Source of the DNA: Macrostomum hystrix
Taxonomy: Eukaryota; Animalia; Platyhelminthes
Length of the DNA: 64,000 nucleotides
Direction: 5' to 3'
Assembly: GCA_950097015.1 (NCBI GenBank)
Contig: CATNEN010000029.1
Coordinates: forward strand, 4,712,001 to 4,776,000
The number at the start of each line of letters is the position of its first letter. Position 1 is the first letter of the stretch. Shown here one piece after another: positions 56,401-64,000 of this stretch. The notes beneath the pieces are model-generated. The model did not search any database. It worked only from the letters and a program-made list of their open reading frames with translations, and had not been told where the DNA came from. A program made the translations under genes and the position numbers.

Positions 56401-59400
56401 TTTATCTCTCCCGTGTCTTATCTCTCCTGTGACTTATCTCTCCCGTGTCTTATCTCTTGCTTTATCTCTCCCGTGCCTTATCTCTCCCGTGTCTTATCTC
56501 TCCTGTGTCTTATCTCTCCCGTGTCTTATCTCTTGCCTTATCTCTCCCGTGTCTTATCTCTTGCTTTATCTCTCCCGTGCCTTATCTCTCCCGTGTCTTA
56601 TCTCTCCTGTGTCTTATCTCTCCCGTGTCTTATCTCTTGCTTTATCTCTCCCGTGCCTTATCTCTCCCGTGTCTTATCTCTCCTGTGACTTATCTCTCTC
56701 ATGCCTTCTCTCTCCAGTGTGCGATCTCTCCCGTATCATCTCTTTCTTGTCTCATCTCTCCCGTGTTTTATCTATTATATATCTTATCTCTTTCGGATCT
56801 CTTTTAGAATTTGCTTTGTATCTTTCGTGTCTCAACTCGTGCTGTTTTTGTCGCACGAGGCCCTCCCTACATTTAAAGGTTTTCGACCCCCAATTTAAAC
56901 AGATTTATACTCATAGACAGGTTGCCAGCTGCTACGATATAGAAAGTAGAAGAACTGTTCCTTTGTTTTGCAGTCAAGTACTGTACTCTAGCTTATATTT
57001 GTCAAATCAAACGCGGCAGTCGTTTGAAATAAAATAATGACAGACAGATGCGCAATTCACTTAAAACAGCAGTGGTAGAACACTGAGAGCAATTTCAAGT
57101 CACATGACTCTGTCAGCTTTCACTAGCAGCAGCAGCAGCAGAAAAACTCTTTAGAAGCCTAAAATGTACGTTGATGTGTAAGCTCTGCCAGCGTATAATA
57201 TATATCCAAAGAGAAGATTTAGCACTTTGGAAAATCACTCCGCAAATTGGACCAGGGTCTGAAAAATTGGCCGAGCTTGCCTAGGCTAGAAAAGCAAAAG
57301 AAAAGAAAGGAGAAGGAGAGAAAATCAAGAAGCAGACAGACAGAAAATCGTCAAAGCGTGCGCAAAGTGCACACGAACAGGCATAGTATCTTCGCAATCA
57401 TCCGAAACAGAAGGCCCTACATAATCAATATCCAGAATTCAAAAGCATTGAGTCGGTTCTTCACTTTAATCATTCAAATTGATGAGGGGAAATGCATTAG
57501 AAAGCGTATCAAACATTAAAAACGAACAATAGCAGAAAAACAATGTTAAGCCCGACTTAACAGCAGAAACATCTATGTTGACTAGCTTGCAATTTGGCTA
57601 TTTAAAAATAAAATATTTATTTAGAACATTTAATAAATCGATCAAAAAAATTAAAAATTCTGAAATCGTCAATAAATATAGAAATTATAACTGGAATTTT
57701 GACAACCGAGGAAACTAAAAGCTCCCACACTGAGGATGCTGTGGTGGGGTGGGGACACTGCAGCAGCTAGGCTCGAACTCCAAAGAATAAGCAACACAGC
57801 AAGCACACACACTCTTAGAAGCTGAGGCAGTGGAGTGCGCCAGCACTGCATGCCCCCCATGTGAACGAGTTTTGCCTTATAGCATAGCATGTAGGCGGAG
57901 GAAGAGGCGGAGGCTAGGGAAGGGGAGGGCCAAAGGCATGCCAGTACAGAGAGAGAGATCTGGCAGCGGTCACGCGCCCACTGACCCGGTTCTCCGTCAG
58001 GCACTTTGGAAGGGAGAGAGGGAAAGACAACAGGAGATGGGAGACGAGAAGGAAAGATTAGATAGATAGAGAAAGAAGTAAATGGAAAGAGAAAAAAGTG
58101 GGGGAAAGTATAGCGAGAGACGACTTTTTCAGGGTTGACGAGTCAGAAGAGGCGGAGAATCCGCTGCAGCCGCCCGCCCTTCTCTCTCTGGTGGGCCATT
58201 TAGTTTCCAAATTTCCCGCCCACTCTCACTCTCAGAGGAGGATCACGCCGCAGCAACAGCAGCGGCGGCATCAGCAGCCAACCTCGATATATCCATAATT
58301 TTTTCGGAGTCGTTGACCGCTCGGTTTGTAGGCGGCTTTCGGGGTGGCGGGGGAGGAGGGGGCAGAGGAAAGCGGGTGGAGAAGGGTTGGCCGGCGGAGC
58401 CGCGTGAGTGCCAGTACAGGCGGGACTTGCCTGCACTTTTCGGCCACCACCCCCGCCCCAAACAGAAGCCGGGACGAAACAGGCTTCGATAGGAGAGTCA
58501 GAGGGTAGCGAGGTCACGAAACAATAAAATGGGTGCCACGTGTATCCAGAGGTGGAGCCAGAACCAGCACGGGGCGTGGCAGTATCGGAATCAGCAGGAG
58601 GAGGAGGCAGAAATAGAAAGAAAACAGGCCACATATTTGATCACGAGGGCATTGTGCGGGGATATCGGAAGAATGGCAAAAGTCAGCGGGGCTAGCACTG
58701 CAGCTACAATAGCTGCACTAAATTTAAACTGAGCACGGGCGCAACACAAAAATTGAATCGAACACCTGCCATGAAGAGGCACTATGTCCCTCTGAGAATT
58801 ATATTTTCTTCTGACTGTTACCATTTCGTCTTTAGCTAGATAAAAGGAAAGACAAGACAGGCGCACACAAAATTCAATACCGACACACGCAATAGATGAC
58901 CTAGCAGTAGATTTTATTGGTAACTCTAGCAGGAAGTCACATATCAGAATATGCAACGGAAACAATTGCTATACAGTAGTCACGGGGTCAAGTTGGAAAA
59001 TGTTAGCAAATAGCAAAGCAAGACGCCTTTTTATAAATTTTAATTCTGACATTACTTAACTTCGCTGCGCGTTGTACAGCATTGTATTTAATCCTAATTA
59101 AATAAATTATAAATCCTAATTAAAGAATTTATGAATCCTAATTGAAGAATCTATGAATTCTAATTGAAGAATCTATGAATCCTAATTGAAGAGTCTAGCA
59201 ATCCTAATTGAAGAGTCTATGAATCCTAATTGAAGAGTCTATGAATCCTAATTGAAGAGTCTATGAATCCTAATTGAAGAGTCTAGCAATCCTAATTGAA
59301 GAGTCTATGAATCCTAATTGAATAATCTATGAATCCTAATTGAAGAGTCTATGAATCCTAATTGAACAATCTATAAATCCTAATTGAATAATCAATAAAT

Positions 59401-61546
59401 CCTAATTGAAGAATCTATGAATCCTAATTGAAGAATCTATGAATCCTAATTGAATAGTCTACCAATCCTAATTGAAGAATCTATGAATTCTAATTGAAGA
59501 ATCTATGAATACTAATTGAATAGTCTATCAATCCTAATTGAAGAATCTATGAATTCTAATTGAAGAATCTATGAATCCTAATTGAAGAATCTATGAATCC
59601 TAATTGAAGAATCTATGAATCCTAATTGAATAGTCTATCAATCCTAATTGAAGAATCTATGAATTCTAATTGAAGAATCTATGAATCCTAATTGAATAGT
59701 CTATGAATCCTAATTGAAGAATCTATGAATCCTAATTGAAGAATCTATGAATCCTAATTGAAGAGTCTATGAATCCTAATTGAAGAATCTATGAATCCTA
59801 ATTGAATAGTCTATGAATCCTAATTGAAGAATCTATGAATCCTAATTGAAGAATCTATGAATCCTAATTGAAGAATCTATGAATCCTAATTGAAGAGTCT
59901 ATGAATCCTAATTGAAGAATCTATGAATTCTAATTGAAGAATCTATGAATCCTAATTGAATAGTCTATGAATCCTAATTGAAGAATCTATGAATCCTAAT
60001 TGAAGAATCTATGAATCCTAATTGAAGAATCTATGAATCCTAATTGAAGAGTCTATGAATCCTAATTGAAGAGTCTATGAATCCTAATTGAAGAATCTAT
60101 GAATCCTAATTGAAGAATCTATGAATCCTAATTGAAGAATCTATGAATCCTAATTGAATAGTCTATCAATCCTAATTGAAGAATCTATGAATTCTAATTG
60201 AAGAATCTATGAATCCTAATTGAAGAATCTATGAATCCTAATTGAAGAATCTATGAATCCTAATTGAATAGTCTATCAATCCTAATTGAAGAATCTATGA
60301 ATTCTAATTGAAGAATCTATGAATCCTAATTGAATAGTCTATGAATCCTAATTGAAGAATCTATGAATCCTAATTGAAGAATCTATGAATCCTAATTGAA
60401 GAATCTATGAATCCTAATTGAAGAGTCTATGAATCCTAATTGAAGAATCTATGAATCCCAATTGAAGAATCTATGAATCCTAATTGAAGAATCTATGAAT
60501 CCTAATTGAAGAATCTATGAATCCTAATTGAAGAATCTATGAATCCTAATTGAAGAATCTATGAATCCTAATTGAAGAGTCTATGAATCCTAATTGAAGA
60601 GTCTATGAATCCTAATTAAAGAGTCTATGAATCCTAATTGAATAATCTATGAATCCTAATTGAAGAGTCTATGAATCCTAATTGAAGAATCTATGAATCC
60701 TAATTAAAGAGTCTATGAATCCTAATTGAATAATCTATGAATCCTAATTGAAGAGTCTATGAATCCTAATTAAAGAGTCTATGAATCCTAATTGAAGAGT
60801 CTATGAATCCTAATTGAAGAGTCTATGAATCCTAATTGAAGAATCTATGAATCCTAATTGAAGAGTCTATGAATCCTAATTGAAGAGTCTATGAATCCTA
60901 ATTGAAGAGTCTAGCAATCCTAATTGAATAGTCTAGCAATCCTAATTGAAGAGTCTATGAATCCTAATTGAAGAGTCTATGAATCCTAATTGAAGAGTCT
61001 ATGAATCCTAATTGAAGAGTCTATGAATCCTAATTGAAGAGTCTATGAATCCTAATTGAAGAGTCTAGCAATCCTAATTGAATAGTCTAGCAATCCTAAT
61101 TGAATAGTCTATGAATCCTAATTAAAGAACCTATGAATCCTAATCGAAGAATCTATTAACCCTAATTGAATAGTCTATGAACCGCTGTGTGTGAATCCTA
61201 TTAAAAAGCCTATTTATTCTAGTTTATAGATTTCGAAGGCACATAATCCGGAGAGAAACTCACCAGTGGAGTTGAAGTAGATTGTGTAGGCCTGGTTAAA
61301 ATCGTCAGCTGAAAAGGCCAGAATGACTCGCTGCCTTCCAGTCTGGCTAAAAAAACTCCTGGTGGGGCAGATCGCGGTGACAAAATTCCCAGGATCAGTT
61401 TGCTCTCGGTGATAAATTGCAAAAAATTTCACAATCTCCTTTGTTTTTGGACAATTGAGCGGGCTGCTGCTGGCAGCTGTCGAAGCCAGCAGGACCAACA
61501 AGACGGGAAACAGCAAAATGATGAGTAGCCATGAGACTTGTAGCAT
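50420..61546 (-). CDS. ZP-domain single-pass membrane protein with a long N-terminal region (betaglycan/endoglin-like architecture), ~968 aa
   Basis: complement join(61264..61546,54723..55252,53256..53761,52339..52719,50420..51626), 2907 nt, phases 1,0,2,2 consistent. Signal peptide MLQVSWLLIILLFPVLLVLLASTAA; ZP-N-like ANC..DSC..ECGS; ZP-C-like six-Cys pattern (EQC, TNGC, ANC, NPC, GDC, EPC); Pro/Thr stalk; TM WSHALAALISYALGLATLAAVWFIFV followed by RQRHNRHRRR. The link to exon 61264..61546 crosses a 6-kb intron and is the least certain junction. Confidence 0.75.
51843..52132 (-). mobile_element. SINE family A, near full length, in the ZP gene intron
   Basis: Minus strand GTAGCCTAGTGGTTAGAGCGTCGGACTCACGACTTGAAGGTTGGGGGTTCGATTCCCGAC (A and B boxes), AGCTGTTAAATGGGTACC and CAGTCCATGGACTG; colinear with the 15630 copy. 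Confidence 0.82.
54063..54300 (-). mobile_element. SINE family A, degenerate copy
   Basis: Shares GCTGGTACCCATTTAATAGCTG and GTGGAGTCGGGATTCGAACCCC with the other copies. Confidence 0.7.
54340..54690 (-). mobile_element. SINE family B, second copy
   Basis: Colinear and highly similar to 29868..30223; lies directly next to a family A copy. Confidence 0.8.
55570..56745. repeat. Minisatellite, 28-nt unit (CTCCCGTGTCTTATCTCTTGCCTTATCT) with higher-order insertions
   Basis: Tandem copies with periodic CATGCCTTCTCTCTCCAGTGTGCGAT inserts. Confidence 0.9.
59105..61185. repeat. Minisatellite, 22-nt unit (GAATCCTAATTGAAGAATCTAT), ~2 kb
   Basis: About 94 copies, ending ~80 nt from the donor at 61263. 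Confidence 0.95.
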
Positions 61547-62137
61547 GGCATAGCCTGCGTTTTAGCTATATTTGAGATCCTGAAAAATTGTGAAAATTGA
61601 ACAACTTATTGCTAACACTGAACTTTAATTAAAACGATAGCATGATTTTTAAATAAATGTTTGACACAAAATATGATAAAATGACAACTAGTTAATGCAA
61701 ATAAAATTAAATATGAGCATAATGAAACAAAAATTATAGCCTTTTACTAATGAACTGCAAGCAAATTACATTAATGCATTTATATATTCAAATGGTAGCT
61801 ATGGTATTAAAAACCATTAATATTCAGATTACTATCTTTAGAGTTATTGGGTCCAACCATTTTGATCTCTGCTATATTTTAGAAATTATTTTCTTTTGAT
61901 TGGAAGTAGGATTAAAATATTTTTAAACAGTTTTCTTTCAAATTAAGTGTTTACATTACACAGCTTCAATACTAATATTATAGTTGTGCATTTGTGAGAA
62001 TCAACTATTGGGCTACCTAACTGGGGAAAGGACTCTAATGAGTGGGACACAGGACACTGTGGACATAGACAACAAAGCCAAGAAAATGAGAGAGCCAGTT
62101 CAAGTAAATCAAGGTTGCAATAAGCAAGTAACATAAA

Positions 62138-62370
62138 AGTGACTCATCTTAACTCAAGTACAATGACTATTACCAGTGATAATTTGTGACTCATCTTAAC
62201 TCAAGTACAATGACTATTACCAGTGATAATTTGTGACTCATCTTAACTCAAGTACAATGACTATTACCAGTGATAATTTGTGACTCATCTTAACTCAAGT
62301 ACAATGACTATTACCAGTGATAATTTGTGACTCATCTTAACTCAAGTACAATGACTATTACCAGTGATAA
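62138..62370. repeat. 47-nt unit in ~5 near-perfect copies (GTGACTCATCTTAACTCAAGTACAATGACTATTACCAGTGATAATTT)
   Basis: Identical copies with no spacers. Confidence 0.93.
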
Positions 62371-62959
62371 GCGAGCTGAAATTCTAAATAGCAAGTCTAT
62401 CTAAAGAGTTATTTTAAAAAGGCAAACTTCAGAAATCCTAAGGGGGTTAATTTTGAATGAGGCTAATAGTCTTGCTCATTAATCTATTAAAATGTAAACA
62501 TAATAATAAAAGTATAATTTCCAGCAAATTCACCTCTTTAAATTTGATTGGAAGAGCTATTTTACCCTAGTCATATTTATATTCATTGATTTATTCAAAC
62601 ATACTGGCTTGATTAGTACCTTGGTCTTAGAAGCTCAACTTTAGCACTAGCAAAGAAATGATTCACTACCAGATTTATGTTCCAAAGCTTTGCCAATTTA
62701 TCTTTCATGCTTTGCCAATTACTAAACAAATTGAATTGGTCCATTTTTTACAGCTAAGAAGGATTCACAATCACATAAAAATCCATTTCAAATTAAAATA
62801 TTTAAATAAAGTTTAGGTTAACTAAAGTAAATTAAAACAAAACAAGATTATATTTTAAATATTGTATGGTTTCTTAAGACACTTCCTAGGCAATGTGCTA
62901 GTTTCTTGTGCTAGATTATTTTGACCCAAAATTGTAGGCAAACATACAAAAGCAAGTTC

Positions 62960-63270
62960 ATTAAAGCAAGAAAGGGGTCATAGCCCTTGAGAAATAGTAT
63001 AATAATACAGCATAGTAGAGTCTGCAGCCAATCATTTAGCAGTATATATTGCCTGGGATGTGCTTCCAATGCACTTCCCAACCATGTATTTCTCAATCAC
63101 TATCTACATGTTGATAATATAAATAACCTAACCATGCACATAAATACCATTGAAAGCACCTGGGCACATATGAAGGCAAAGTTCTATAGTCAACATGACC
63201 TTTTTGACTCTGACCTTATTAAGTTTATCTTGTACCAATTCTACCCAGAGAAGACTTGGCCACTTGCTCT
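62960..63270 (+). mobile_element. Merlin (ISXO2/IS1016-like) transposase remnant
   Basis: Translation HVFLNHYLHVDNINNLTMHINTIESTWAHMKAKF...LIKFILYQF resembles the Merlin C-terminal block VNH...HTNxIESxWxxxK...L..YL.EF. Confidence 0.55.
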
Positions 63271-64000
63271 TACTGGCTAACCCATTACAATGCTTTGTAG
63301 TACTGTTTCTCAAGCAATTGCCAATATGACCAGTTTTGCTGCTTCAATAAACTTGATTTTGTCTGTTTGCTTAAAATTTTGGTCAAAACAATTTAACACA
63401 ATAAACCAGGACATAGCCTGTTTTTCTTATTCTACACGAGTTACCTTAGCTAGGCCAGATCCTAGACAATTTGTCATTTTACAACTTTGTCATCCACTTT
63501 GATTCTTTGAAGGTAGGACACTTCGTCATCCAGCCAATTGGCATGCTTTAAAGTTTGGTCATCAACAAATAACAAGCATTGTAGACTGTAGACTCAATTA
63601 ACAGATGCTTCTGTGTACAACTTAAATGTAGATGTGAAAATTGAAGGGTGGGATATGGAGGTGCTTTTTTGCTTGTTTCATTTGGAATAAAGTGAGGGTG
63701 GGATGGTGGGGCAGTGGTGTGAACACACTTCACAATTTAAATTTTCAAAAATGATTCAAAACTGATTTCATTATAAGAGTTAAAAGATAGATGCCAACAT
63801 GATGTGAGGAAGGGTGGTTCTGTTCTAACTTTGAAAACTTATTTTATAGATGATGAAGTGTCTACAAGGCTAAGTTACTTTGTCATCCACCCTCTGAGAT
63901 ATTGACAGATTGTCAATCTCATGTCTATCTCAATCTCAATCTCATGTCTATGCTCATCTGGATGACAAAGTTGTAAGATTACGAAGTGTCCACGTATAGC

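Noticed and set aside
58591-58965. Possible small exons continuing from the 61264 donor
   Set aside because: Splice sites can be found, but the product has no recognisable features and AT-rich codons. Joining to 55252 gives a more coherent protein.

Overview
Eukaryotic (metazoan) genomic DNA with GT-AG spliced genes, GC3-rich exons and introns packed with distinct mini/microsatellites. The style fits a free-living flatworm such as Macrostomum, but that assignment is inference. I assembled five multi-exon genes by hand with phase-consistent junctions: (1) a non-alpha nicotinic-type Cys-loop subunit with an anion-type Pro-Ala-Lys M2 motif (+, 1526-8890); (2) a divergent alpha-tubulin lacking K40 (-, 11006-14975); (3) a single-pass receptor with one Cys-rich Ig-like domain (-, 17406-32586); (4) a highly divergent orphan pentameric ligand-gated channel subunit (-, 35246-43472), which the ORF track does not show as a unit; (5) a ~968-aa signal peptide + orphan-like region + ZP module + TM protein with betaglycan/endoglin-like architecture (-, 50420-61546). 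Also present: a frameshifted small 2-TM gene, decayed piggyBac and Merlin transposases, a foldback MITE, two tRNA-headed SINE families and about 30 tandem arrays. Most long ORFs in the supplied track are artefacts of those arrays. No CRISPR array, rRNA or bona fide tRNA gene was found. Repeat boundaries are approximate and all alignments were made by eye.
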